From Vermamoeba vermiformis (lineage: Eukaryota), in NCBI GenBank assembly GCA_045837725.1, contig JBEWZL010000302.1:310001-374000 (forward strand): 64,000 nt of DNA, written 5' to 3'. The notes beneath the pieces are model-generated. The model saw only the letters and a list, made by a program, of their open reading frames with translations. It had not been told where the DNA came from and searched no databases. The position numbers were made by a program, and so were the translations under genes. This document shows, in pieces, positions 10,910-23,007 of this stretch (the stretch's first letter is position 1; every line of letters begins with the position of its first letter).

Positions 10910-13597
10910 ATGGAGACCACAGCAATGTCCGAACACGATGACGGCTCAGCGCACAACGAGCATATGGATGTGAGTGATAGTGACGACTCACTGTCCTCCA
11001 GCGAGGAGTTTGAAGACGAGCAGCGGATCAACGAGTACCGCGAGCGACTGAACAGCAATGCCTATGACTTTCAGAGTCACTTTCAGCTGCTCAGATTGTT
11101 GCGCAAGGCTGGAGAACTCGATGAGCTGCGACAAAGACGAGTCAAGTTCGCGGATCTGTTTCCATTGCCTGAGAGTATGTCCAATAATTTACAAAATTCA
11201 GATCGTTAATGGATAACTAACAGGCATATGGATCGAGTGGTTGAATGACGAAGAAAAATTGTCCAGCAGCATTGAGCAGATGTGCAGTGTCGTAGCGGTG
11301 TATCAACGCGCGATCAAAGATTACCTCTGTAAGTGCATATAGTGATGCTATTAGAGTATAGTACTGTGTTCATATGACCCCCAACACTCACCACACGTCA
11401 ACAGCTGTCGAACTGTGGTGTCGCTATGCACTCTGGGTGGAACACGTGACTGAATTCGTTGCCAAAAATAGCATCACTGACGAGGAGATACTGGCGCAGA
11501 TACCCCACGTGACTGAAGTCTACGAACAGGCTGTCACCGCGTGCGCGCAACACATCGCGCAAGGACGTCGCGTGTGGCTGCAGTGGATCGACTATCACGT
11601 GCGCCACTCTGCCGCGGAGAGCACGGAGCTCATCAAGCACTTGTACCGCCGCGCCCTCAGCTTGCCTTATAAAGACATGGAGAAGACTCACGCGCAGTTC
11701 CAAGAATGGTGCAGTCACGTGACTGGCGTGTCACCCACAGAGTTCGATGCGCAATACAAAAAAGCACTGAGCGAGTGGCAGGCACGTGCTGAGTGGGAGC
11801 TAAAAATAGACGATCAACAAGACCCGCTCAGTCCCGACTACACGCAACAAGACACGTGGCGGAATTACTTGCAGTGGGAAAAGGACGCGAAATCTCCCCC
11901 GCCGCGCGTGAAGTGCCTGTACGAGCGCATGGTGCGCGTGTACTGTCTGAATCACGTGCTCTGGGGCGAGTACGTCACGTGGGTGCGCAGTGTGCTGGCG
12001 AGCAACAAGAGTCTCGTGTTGGAGGTGCACAAGCGCGCAGTGCGCAACTGTCCCTGGTCGAGTGCGCTCTGGTGCTCCCATTTGCAGAGTCTGCAAAGAT
12101 CACGTGCCGCACACGAGGAGGTCGCGGAGGTGTTTGAAGCAGCACTCGTTGCCGGTCTGCAGCAAGCACGTGACTACGAGCAAGTGTACCTCACCTACGC
12201 GGACTATCTCGTGCGGCAGATTGACTGGACATCAGCGGAGATCACAGCGGAGATATTGCAGCCAGTGCGCGACGTGTTGCAGCGAGCGAGTGACTATTTT
12301 GAGACGTATTTCCCAGAACAGATCTCGCTGATTCAGATCTACTGGGCACAGTTCGAAGGATTCAAAGCACGTGATTTGCAGCGAGCACGTGATTTGTGGG
12401 AAGGCATGTTACGCCGAGACAGCAAAAATCTCCTTTTATGGCAACAAATGATCTCCAGTGAGCTGAGTCACTACCACGCGAGTCAGTCACGTGATCAGTT
12501 CCACAAGGTGCACTCGCAGTTCAAGCGCGTGACAGCACTGATCGGGACAGCATTTGCATCCGCAGAGCTCGTGATCAGCGAGACACTCAACCCCACCCTC
12601 GCGCACGTGATTCTGCAGCAGTGGACGCACGTGACGCATCTGCACGGCACGAGCGAGGACTGCGACGAGTGTCAGGAGCGCATCGATGCGGTGATTGGCG
12701 CGGTCAGTCAGCAAGAGACACAGCAGCGCCTCGCACTCGAACAACAGCAGCGCACACTGCGCGATGTGCGCGCGGAAGTGGCTGCTGAACTGCAACAGCG
12801 CCAGCTCGAGAAGCAGCAGAAGAAGCGCAAGAAGCGCGATGAGGATGGGGCCGCACAGTCACGCCCACTCAAGCGACAGCGCGTCAGTGTCACCACGCCG
12901 CAGAGTGGTCCGCACGCAGGAGTGACAGTGGCACCGAGCACGATACGCGTGTCAGGTCTGCACGAGTCCATCACCCTCGATCAAGTGCGCGACACATTTG
13001 CAGTGTACGGTGAAGTGGTGTCGGTAGAGCACCAGGGCGACAAGCACACCACAGCCCTGGTGCAGTACCGCGACAAGAGTGCGCTGGATGCAGTCATGAA
13101 GCGTGTGGAGCCCATTGTGATTGGCGAGCACACTGTCATGGTGCAGCCTGCGATTGTGACGGGCACTGCTCCTGCCCCCACACTCATCCGACGTGAGAGC
13201 CGCAATGAACAAATGACAGTCTTCTTGACCTCCATCTCATTCAAGACCTCGCAGGAGACACTGGAAACGCACATCAAGCAATCAGCGGCCAGCAAGGGAC
13301 TGCTCGCTGTACGCCTCATCTTTGACCGGGACACAGGTAGGCCGTTAATGCTTGGAAATGTTCCATTGTTCTAATGTCGATGTAACAGGCAAGTCACGTG
13401 GGTTTGCATATTTAGATTACGACACAAAGGACAACTTAGAAAAAGCTATCACCATTTTGAATACACTGACAATTGATGGATGGAGGGTAAAGGCTGCCAA
13501 ATCAAATCCTTCTAAGTCCGCTGTAGATACTCAGCCTGTTAAAGTATCCATGGCAAAACCTGGACTTGTACCAAGGGCACTCCGCGCCAAAAAATAA
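10910..13597 (+). CDS. SART3: SART3/Prp24 U4/U6 recycling factor (HAT repeats + 2 RRMs)
   Basis: Acidic N-terminus, FADLFPLPE.IWIEWL, HAT repeats (CLYERMV, KRAVRNCPWSSALW), and two C-terminal RRMs (GKSRGFAYLDY). Confidence 0.88.
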
Positions 13598-13619
13598 ATG
13601 TAAAGATGGATTGACCATA

Positions 13620-16090
13620 ATGCTTTGTGTCTTCACTGTGAAGTAGTTCAGTTGCTGGCCGGAAAGGACCCTAGCGTAATAACAGGGTAAGACAAATCAA
13701 TAGGACAAGATATCATCTGGTCTCAATACAACTTGACAGAGGTTCCAGTGTAGAAGACATTGCAGGGTGAGATGTCCAGCCTGGCTAAGTTACCCGCCCG
13801 GACAAGTAAAAACCCTGCCCAGACAAGTTGCAACTCAAGTAAAAACTTCTGGATAAATTTGGAGGGTTTACAAAGAACTCCTTTTTGTAGTGGGTGACCA
13901 TAATGCGCTGAGTAACCATTATTCATGCAATTATGAACCTACTAGCTGAAAAAACGTTTTAAATGTTGTAATATGTTCATAAAGTTGCCATTTCACAATT
14001 TGCATCACTACAATATCTTTGATGATCTAACAATTCTTGTTCAATAGTGCTAGCTTGCAATTGCAATATGGTGTATGCTGGAAGACTGTTGGTTTCGCGA
14101 CTGGACACTTTCCTCCTGGACTGCCAAATCTAAAGTGGTATTGCAGCATAAGAACAATGTTATGGCTGTTCTTTACAGAACATTGCCATTTTTAGCCTCC
14201 AGCGCTTAGCCCAAAGCCTCCTGATCAGAAAGAGTACTTGGGTCCGCTGGTGGTAGTAATGACAAGTTTGGTATAAGTTGGCAGGTGGATTGAACCTGGA
14301 CTACCCAGCTGAATGTTCTGGATAGTGGCGCTGAGCTGGACTGACCAATTTGACTGGCGGACGTCTCGTCCGCCAAAAATTTTTTGTCCGTCCGTGGACA
14401 TTGCGTCCCTCCGGGGTAGCTGCATCCGCTGATGTTAGTAATTGACCAACTTATATCAAACTCTGCCATTAGCATCAGTGGATCCAAGAAGCACTACTAC
14501 TGGCGTCAGGAGGCCTAGGGCTAAACGCCAGAGGCTAAAAATGGCAATGTTCTGCGAAGAACTTAAGTACTAGAACTTTGTTCTATTGGCTGCAATACCA
14601 TTGAAACTTTGGAAACACCTAGATCTATCACTATCTAACAAGAAAATATAAGTAATCTTCAAAAATATTGTAGTGGCAGCAATTTGTAAAATTTCAGCAC
14701 TAAGTATGAACCCACCCACCAGCACATGTTTGGTATAACACAACTATAGTATTTTATGCAACCCTGAACTTTGGCTACAATGCATTGTCACCTGCCTGTG
14801 AAAAAAATTTTGCATCATCCATACTTTTTTATGTTGTAACTTTGTCCAGTATGGTGGCAAACCTTGTTATAATGAAGGGATATGCTTAATCATATACTTG
14901 GCATATAGAAATCTTGTTAAAATCTTCATACTATATGATGTATGGTTGGCGGACGTCCAATTTTTGCCGGACAGGATGTCCGCCACTCAATGATCTGGCC
15001 TTTCTTTAAGCAACTGGCTTGAGGACCTTGAAGTCTTCCTAACCGCCAGGGGACAGAGAATGCCATTCATTAATTCATAAGTTTATTAAAATAGAGGTTG
15101 GCCTGATTACACTGCAAAGATAGGGACATTCTATGTAGAACTAATTTAGTTTTGTGAGATCGTTGATTCAGAGTTGTCCTTCCCAGTTGATAGCTTGTCC
15201 ACATGAGGACATCTTAGGAAGTCACCACCACTTTGGAGCTTTCCTCAACAATTCCTATAGCTTGACCAGCAAGGAAAACTCAAACTCATGTAAATTTGGA
15301 TCCGCTACAGTGTTATCAGTTTTCGAGAACTAGGATGGTGGACGCTCCATCCCCAAATCCAGTTCCTGTCCTGCTAATGGGCCAAGATGACTTCTGAGTT
15401 CATAGAAAGAGTCAACTTGTTACAAGATGCATCTCGTATCCCAATGATGAATATTTCTGCAGAACTACATACCTACTGAGAATAGCCCATTTGAAACATA
15501 ATTCATATGTTTCTTCGCATTCATAGCAACTGTAGCATTTGGATTGACTCATTTAGTCATCAATGAGACCTCCTCTACTACGACAGAATCACCTGCTACC
15601 AATGCAAGCAGCGTATGGCAAAAGTACAATTGCTGGACGCCTCCTTCAGGCGTTGGCATCAATGACTGTTATACACAGAAGCCTTAGTGTGGCCCTTTAC
15701 CACTACCGCTACCACGCATTTAACTTGGACATAAGTTGACTGGTCAACTCTACCACACCAGATCAAATAGGCATTAAAATGGTAGCTATGCACCTAGTCC
15801 AATTTCTTCAGCTTTGTCCAGTGGCAGTGGTAAAGCCTGTCTCTGGAGCTAACAGAATTAAGATTGAGTGGATGTCTACGGTGTCTGTCCCGCCAAGTCC
15901 AATTGGGCAGGTAAAACCTCTTTGCAGAACCAAAAATTGTGTGTTGCAAGCCGTCTTCCAAAGCATTGCCCACTTGGCATATTTAGGAACTCCGGTGATT
16001 TCAGGTTAGACCATGCCATTCTAAACCTCGGTGCAGAATTCCTGAAACTTGAAGGAAATTTCATTGGCTGAAAAAACCTTACAAACACGT
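13620..16090. mobile_element. Non-coding, CpG-poor island; probable decayed transposon or foldback remnant
   Basis: By far the largest gene-free gap in the window. No credible ORF, few CpG and many TpG/CpA, no CACGTG seen, and internal inverted repeats. Boundaries are approximate. Confidence 0.55.
13990..14692. repeat. ~700 bp degenerate palindrome (foldback) centred at 14365
   Basis: 14168-14224 matches the reverse complement of 14506-14562 at 50/57 nt. Further matching blocks lie inside (GTTTGGTATAAGTTGG vs GTTTGATATAAGTTGG) and outside (CACTACAATAT). A perfect hairpin TGGCGGACG-TCT-CGTCCGCCA at 14355-14375 sits on the symmetry axis. Confidence 0.9.
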
Positions 16091-16130
16091 CGGGTCATAA
16101 TCATCTAGTGATAACACGCACGAACACGCG

Positions 16131-18875
16131 ATGGATAAGGAAAAGCGAGCGGCTCGATTCGGAACACAGAAACCAGCTGGTAAATTTATTTGTCGCCAGA
16201 TCATGCCTTTCATGCGCAACATTTTTTAATCAGCGTTATTTTGCCTTGAATTAAATTCTAATATTATACAAATAATTTATACTAATTTTTAAAATTATTA
16301 GAAAAAGAATCAAGCCAGCATCCACTCCAAGCGCTGATCGTACGCATAGCAGATCAAAGCAAAGGCTTGGACAGCAATGCCAAAGCACTCGGCGAGGTAC
16401 TAGCGCGCGAACAACAGTCGCGACGCGAAGCAGATCCCGAAGATCAACAAGTGTGGCAGTGGCTCGCCGCAGCACTGGTGCCACAGCCGAATAAATCCGC
16501 GGTGTACGCTGCAGTGCTGAGTGCCACCACGGGACTGCTCCGAGATCACGCGCCACAGCTCACTGCACAGCTCGAACTCGCCCTCAGAGCTGGCAAGTGG
16601 CGTGAAGTGCGCGCGTGGCTATTTTTAGCCGCACACTTGGCCTGCGCACGTGTCGTGAGTGCCTCGGAAGTGCTCCGCGCACTGTGGAGTCTCACCGAGC
16701 ACGGACTCGATCTCGCACCGGAGATATCCGATCACGTGACGTACACGGCCCTGGCTACTCTCACAGTGGTATGCAGTCTATAAATAGAATCACGCGACTG
16801 ATCAGCACTAATGTCCTAATTTAGCTCGGTCCTGCACTGATCGGAATCGAAGATGCCAAATTTGGTGCGTTGTGCGAGCGACTGCTGTCACACATCAAAT
16901 CACGTGACCGCACTCATCTGCTGCACGTGACAGCACTGACCAGCGAGAACATTGATGACGTCGATTACCTGTTTTGGATGGCACACGTGATCGATCAGTG
17001 GCGCGAAAAGAATTGCCCGCCAGTCCCTCACGTGTTTCACGTGCCGTACAGCAGTGCCATCTTCGACGAGCACGTGACTGAACACTGGAGCACCGCACTG
17101 CCCTGGTCGATAAACATTGCGCAAGATTGGCTGGTGGCATCCTCCGAACACAACTTCCATCCGCTGACCAAATTTAGAATATTCCCGAGCGAGACCACAG
17201 CCCTGGCCGAGGACGCACTGACCAATGAGATGCATCGGCTAAAAATAGAACTGCTGATGCGCGACATGGTGCACTATTGGTCCGACGATCACGTGGTGTT
17301 TGTCAAGCACGTGTTCAATCTCCCTGTCGCTGAACACCGCAATTTTGAGCACGTGCTCATCGAGGTCAGCACTTCCATATTAGGCAAAGTGAGTGGTACT
17401 AATTCTAATTATAGCTGCTGTTCGAACAAATCTTCAAACTGCCGCACTGCGAGCACCATCGGCTGTTCTACTATCAGCTAATTATAGATCTCTGCAAAAA
17501 TAGACGCGACTCCTTCCCGCTCGTGGTACGCGCAAATAGTTGCAATCTTTTCACGGCTAACCTATTCTTAGCTCGCCGAAGCAGTGCATCGCTTAGCCAA
17601 TGAAATTTCCCGCTGCGATCTCGAAGTGATCTCGCTGTTCACTGAATGGTTCGCCTTTCACTTGGGGAATTTCAAGTTCATCTGGGAGTGGTCGATCTGG
17701 CGCACGTGGTTGGAACAGTACACGGACTCGTCCGATCTCAGTCACGTGACACTCAGTCGCGTGCTGTTCATGAACGACGCGCTGCTCAAGTGCGTGCGAC
17801 TCTCCGTGCACTCGCACATCCGTGGCACTGTGCCGCGCGAATTCGAATTCTTGCTGCCCTCTCCCGTGCCAGCAGCCACTGACGAGTCACGTGTCTCGGA
17901 GGCACTTCCGATCAGCACACTGTTGACGAAGATGCGGAACAAAGAGCCAGCGGAACAACTCCAAGCGTGGCTGAGCAGTGTTGAAGGTCACTCACCGCGC
18001 GATCACGTGGCCTGGACTGTCACGTGCTTGCTCGACATCGGCGCTCGCTCCGTGAGTGCACTGCTCGTCGTGCTGGCACGGTACGCACCGCTGCTGCAAT
18101 CAATGCTGGCACGTGACAGTGATCTGCACCACGTGATCGGTGAGACAGCACTCGCGTACTGGAGTCAACGGCCCTCTGCGCTGGCACTGAACTACTTCTC
18201 GCGACCACTGGATGCGGAAGAGTTGCCTAATTTGGACAAGTCGCTCGGACACGATGGCGCAACCAGTCTAAATTTGACGATAACTTTGCTGAAATTTATC
18301 TCGTACAAGCTGCTGAGTGGCGAGCACGTGATCACGTGTCTGTTCCAGCGCCAAGAGAGTCGCGAGGACCGATTTGGCACGGGCTCGGAGATGATCCGCT
18401 GCTATTTTTGGGAGATGATCCACGCGGTGATCGACAAGGCCATCAACACACGTGACTTGCTTCATGAACGAGTGCGCGAGCTCGAGAAGAGTGCCACCGA
18501 TCAAAGCGCGGAATTACTCACCGTGGCACGTGACAGCATGGCAGTGGCGCAGCGTGACTGCGAACAGCAATTGTTGGTGGCACTGGTCAAGACTGCGCAG
18601 CACGTGATGCATTATTCCGCAATCTCGGAGCCATCTCCGCAACAACAGCACTGGAGTCACGTGGTGCAGGGACAATTCCTCGCCCTGGGTCGCAAGGTGA
18701 GTTCTGAATACTGTCGCACGTGATATTCCTAACCGAGCATGTCTATTTTTAGTATCGCAGCCTGGTCCGCGGAGTGCTCCCCGAACTGGAACAGAAATTG
18801 CAAGAATTTAATTCTCCGCTCATGTCGCGCTTTGCAGCGATCAAATACTACGCGGAGTTGTACTATGCGTCGTAG
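16131..18875 (+). CDS. NCBP1: Nuclear cap-binding protein subunit 1 (CBP80)
   Basis: LQALIVRIADQSKGLDSNAKALGEVL, PNKSAVYAAV and FTEWFAFHLGNFKFIWEWSIW..LLKCVRLS match CBP80 MIF4G blocks (WFSHHLSNFQFRWSWEDW). Confidence 0.88.
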
Positions 18876-19048
18876 CGGTGATTGCCATTTTTGGAAATGA
18901 GGTTGTGGCTGTCAGACTTGTATCAGACGTCAGTCACGTGCGTCATGGAATGTATACTAAATTAGGCGTTGCTTCTTAATTCTTTACAAATAATTACATG
19001 GGTAGCGGTGCTATTTTAAGATACAAGGGTGCGAGGAGCGAAAAGAAT

Positions 19049-20900
19049 TCACTTCCGATCCTCCGATGTGACGGACGAGGGCTCGAGACTGCCGTTGAGT
19101 CCGAACTCTGCCTTATATAGCCGCAGATAGCTGTCAAATATCTCCGTGCATAGCTGTGCCACTTCCTTATTTGGATGTTGTTGGTATTCTTTCACAGTTT
19201 TGCCAATTTTGGATTTCTGTGAATGGTAATTAATGCGCGAGAACAATTTCCAAATATAGACAGTGGTGCCAGCATACCTGCAGCAGTTCCAGCGTAACAT
19301 TGCAACTCTTCAGTTTGTGCAACAGTCGCACGGCCGCGCTCTCGTTCTGATCTTTGAGCGAGTGGCGCAGTGACACTTTGTACGCATTCAACTTGTCAAG
19401 TGTCAACTCGCCGCTCTTGCCCTCGCCGCTGATTGACAGCTTGCGGCGCTTTTTGGACTCGTGGCTGTCGTCCTCGTCGCTGTCTCGCTTCCGCTTCTTG
19501 CTGGGCGGTGTGTGGTCGGTGTCATTTGCAGATATTGCGGGGGTGTCATTTGCAGGTGTGTCTTCCATGCGATACACGGGCTTTTTCTTGTCTTCGCGGC
19601 GCACAGGTGAAGTGCTCCGATCATTGCTGCTATTTTTGTCGCTGGCACCTTTGTCAGCTTTGTGATTGTCTTTGTCATTGCCGTTATTTTTTGTGCTGGC
19701 ACTCTGTTTCTCTGGTTTGCGACTATTTTTAGCCTTCGCCTCTGCGGGCTGTTTCTCTTCCTTTACAGTTTCAGTTTTGACACTTTTGACAGGCGTGTCA
19801 TTCCCACGACTCGGTCGGCCACGTGGTTTTCTCGCTAATTCTGCAGCACGTGATTGCTGTCGCGCCTGTTCACGTTTCACCAAGCGCAGATCACGTGCTT
19901 TATCTTCAATTTTTCCGTTCTGTTTGCTGGCACTCTTCGTCTCATCACGTGATTTTGCTTTGCGCCCGCGCTTCTTGGGCTTAATCTCCTCGCGCGGAGA
20001 TTCACTGCTGTCCTCTTGCGAACTCTCTTCGTCCGAGCTGTCACTGCTGTCACTGCTGTCACTGCTGTCGAGTCCTTGCTTCTGTTTCTTCTCGTGGCGA
20101 ATGGCCTCGTCAATCGCGTAGGACAGCTTCTTGCTCGTGCTCTTCGTGTCGGCTTTGCTGCCGATAAAGTGCTGCAAATCTTTGGCCAGCATCCAGCCAC
20201 TGCAGAACGGTGTTAGACATTGCAGTTGTGCATCGAATGCGCTATTTATAGCCGCAGTGTTTGTTATTATGGGCATGATCGTGCATGTGTAGCTAAGTAT
20301 AATTCGATAACCGTGCAGTATACTAATCATTTGTGCACTACAATCACTGCCGCGCTCTCGTTCAGCCGTTACAAGCATTGCCAGTATTTACAGTAATTAC
20401 TATAATCATATAACACTAACACTGCTGTTGTGAATTAAAGAGTACCACGCACCATAATGTGATATGCGTAGTGTATATATATGCACAATGAGTGTTATTA
20501 AAGTGCTAGTAATCATCACTTACTATGTGACAGGTTTGCCAAAAAATCGCACGAGCAGATCTGAACTCCGGTGTTCTGATTTGAGGACTTTAGGAGGCGC
20601 TTTTGACCTCGCTAACACCTGCACAATTATAATGATATTAATATCGCTCTTCGTAGTCATGTCATTGCGCGCTGGTAGATGACAAAACCGAAAAGGGAAA
20701 AAATTTAAAAAACCATAAATTATGAGAATAGCTTCCAATAAATGTCCGAGTCACATAATAATTCATAGTTATAATTCCGAATAATAATGCTGCGCAAAAC
20801 TCGGTTTTGAAACACAAAAGTGAATGCAGCTTACCTTTGCGGGCCAATAAGGATAGCCTTTGATCTTGGCCCAGACCAAATCTCCGTCTTTGAAGCTCAT
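19049..20900 (-). CDS. PWWP + TFIIS-N-like domain chromatin reader (LEDGF/HDGFL2-like architecture)
   Basis: Exon 1 encodes MSFKDGDLVWAKIKGYPYWPAK, followed by LLVRFFG; an AT-hook-like KPRGRP; C-terminal LHKLKSCNVTLELLQKSKIGKTVKEY..EVAQLCTEI (TFIIS N-terminal fold signature). Confidence 0.85.
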
Positions 20901-21070
20901 TGCAGTGGACGTATGAGCGAGCTATTCGCGCAGTCCTATTTGTCTGCTGAGTGTTGTTGACACAATGAGCGGATCAATTCAACAAAGTGATTTTCAACCC
21001 AGCACTGTCAACCACCATCGCCCTGCTGCACTGTACGCGTGTGTTGCAGACACAATAGACACACCAGATC

Positions 21071-22830
21071 ATGATTAGTAGATCACTTTGTCGCTGCATT
21101 CAGCGGCAGTTAACACGAGTGACAGCCACATCTGCTAAACTCACGCCACTCACTTCCAAAAAATTCAGTAAATTGCGCGCCACTCAATTCTTTCAAAATA
21201 ATATATATGGAAACCACATTGAGGCCTGGTCGAATTTTAGAAGATTTTGCAGCACGATCCAACCCACGGATCAAGTACCAGTTATGACGCCAGAAGAGAT
21301 GCTGAATAAAATCAAGCAGATTATGGGCAGCGATCAATGTCCAGGCTGCGGTACACCCCTGCAAGTCACGGACTCCGAGCTGGTGGGGTACATCCCGTCC
21401 TCGGTGCTCAGTCGCGTGCTGTCCACTGCGCCACACACGAGCCCCACCAGTGCGCCACACACGAGCCCCACCAATGCGATGCTGCCGAGTGATGCGCGCC
21501 ACCACTCGCTGCTGTGTCAGCGCTGCTTCAAGCTCGTGCACTACAACACACCGCTGCAGAGTCGTGCGGATGTGGTGCTGGAGAGCGAGGAGAAGTTGGT
21601 GGCACGTGTCACTCGTCCTGCCCCCGATCGATCGGCACCACTCGTGGCTCTATTGGTGGATTTGGGTGACGTGGAGGGCTCGCTGCTGTCACGTGGCAGA
21701 CTCAAGTCGCTGTTGCCGAGCAGCACGCCGCTGGTGCTGATTGCCACCAAGATCGATCTCTTGCCACCAGGGCTCAGCGAGACACGTGTCACGGACTGGC
21801 TCCGAGCACGTGCTGTCAAGTGCGGACTCGAACCACGTGCGGTGTTGTTGACGAGTGCAGTGACAGGTCACAATGTGACACGTCAGACGTCAACCACGCA
21901 CCAGGGCCGACAAACAGTCACGTGACAGCAGTGGCCCGCACGAGCAGCTCTTGTTCGAACAGCTCGCCAGACTGGCACAGGGCCGCAACATCGTCTTCAT
22001 GGGCGTGCAGAATGTCGGCAAGTCCTCGCTCGTCAATCGTCTCTTGCGGCACGTGGACAAGCGACAGCACATGACTGGCACACTGCCACTCAGACCTCCG
22101 CTCACCACCTCGTACTTCCCAGGCACTACTCTCGCACCGATTGCGCGTCCACTGCTCGCGGTGGGTGACACGAATGACACGTGTCAACAGATGCTCTACG
22201 ACACACCAGGTAACACGCTAGTGCCCATATTAGGCAAGTGCTGACACAGTGCCAGGTCTGGTAGCCAATCAGCCGCACTTGTTGACCGCGCTCATGGCCA
22301 GCAATGTGCACAAACACCTGCAAAGTCACGTGCTCAGTCACGTGGTGCTCGACAAGCGCATCAATCCAGCAGTCTATCGCTTGACGCCAGGCCGCACGCT
22401 GTATCTGGGCGGCGTTGCACGGCTCGACTACGTGTCTGGCCCGCCGCTCGTCTACTTCACGCTGTTTGCCTCGCAGGCGCTGTACGTGCACGAGACGAGC
22501 ACTCTGCGCGCGGAGGAGACGTGGCACTCGGGCCAGGACAAGTTCCTCGTGCCCGTGTTGTACGACCCTGCGCGCGGTGACAAAGTGCCACTGCCCCTCC
22601 AGTCACGTGAGCTCACACTGCGCTCTGCACTCAACTGGGAAGAGGCGTTTGTGGATGTGGTGTGGCCGGGGCTGGGCTGGATCGCGATCACTGCAGTCGG
22701 CGAGTTGAAAGTGCGCGTGCATTGGGCCTTGGATCCGCAGGGCATTGTCGCGCGCGAGCCCATCATGCCCTTCGAGAGCAAGCGCGGACTCAAACCAAAT
22801 CCACGCTTCCAGAACAAACCCGTGTATTAA
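21071..22830 (+). CDS. NOA1: Mitochondrial circularly permuted GTPase, YqeH/NOA1/Mtg3 family
   Basis: Arg/Ser/Thr-rich presequence; CPGCG..CQRCF zinc motif; G4 TKIDLL precedes G1 GVQNVGKSS, G2 PGTT and G3 DTPG; C-terminal LYLGGVARLD and DVVWPGLGWI. Confidence 0.88.
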
Positions 22831-23007
22831 GTGCAGCTGTAGTGTCAAGCTAGTGCGGTACTTGACCAGTGTAGGGGCACTACTAGCGTCCTGGTGCTGA
22901 TAGTGTACTGGCGCTGTGGTGGTGCGTGTCGGAGCAGTTCAGTGAATAAACAAACTGTCACAGAGTAGCAGTAATTAAACCACAATAGAGACACAACTGG
23001 TGGCAAT

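Noticed and set aside
13670-13692. TAGCGTAATAACAGGGTAA resembles the I-SceI site TAGGGATAACAGGGTAAT
   Set aside because: Only a 12-nt exact core matches and there is no vector or homing endonuclease context; chance is sufficient.
15050-16090. Possible transposase or reverse transcriptase remnant in the island
   Set aside because: The segments I translated are riddled with stops and the short ORFs show no DDE or RT motif; a translated HMM search is needed.
20201-20524. Possible box C/D snoRNA in the long PWWP intron
   Set aside because: GTGATGA overlaps the splice donor, and no terminal stem or rRNA-complementary guide could be identified.
21424-21478. 24-nt tandem duplication in NOA1 (also SDS repeats at ~20036-20070 and DLSTPR repeats at ~25955-26000)
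   Set aside because: Ordinary in-frame slippage in low-complexity loops.
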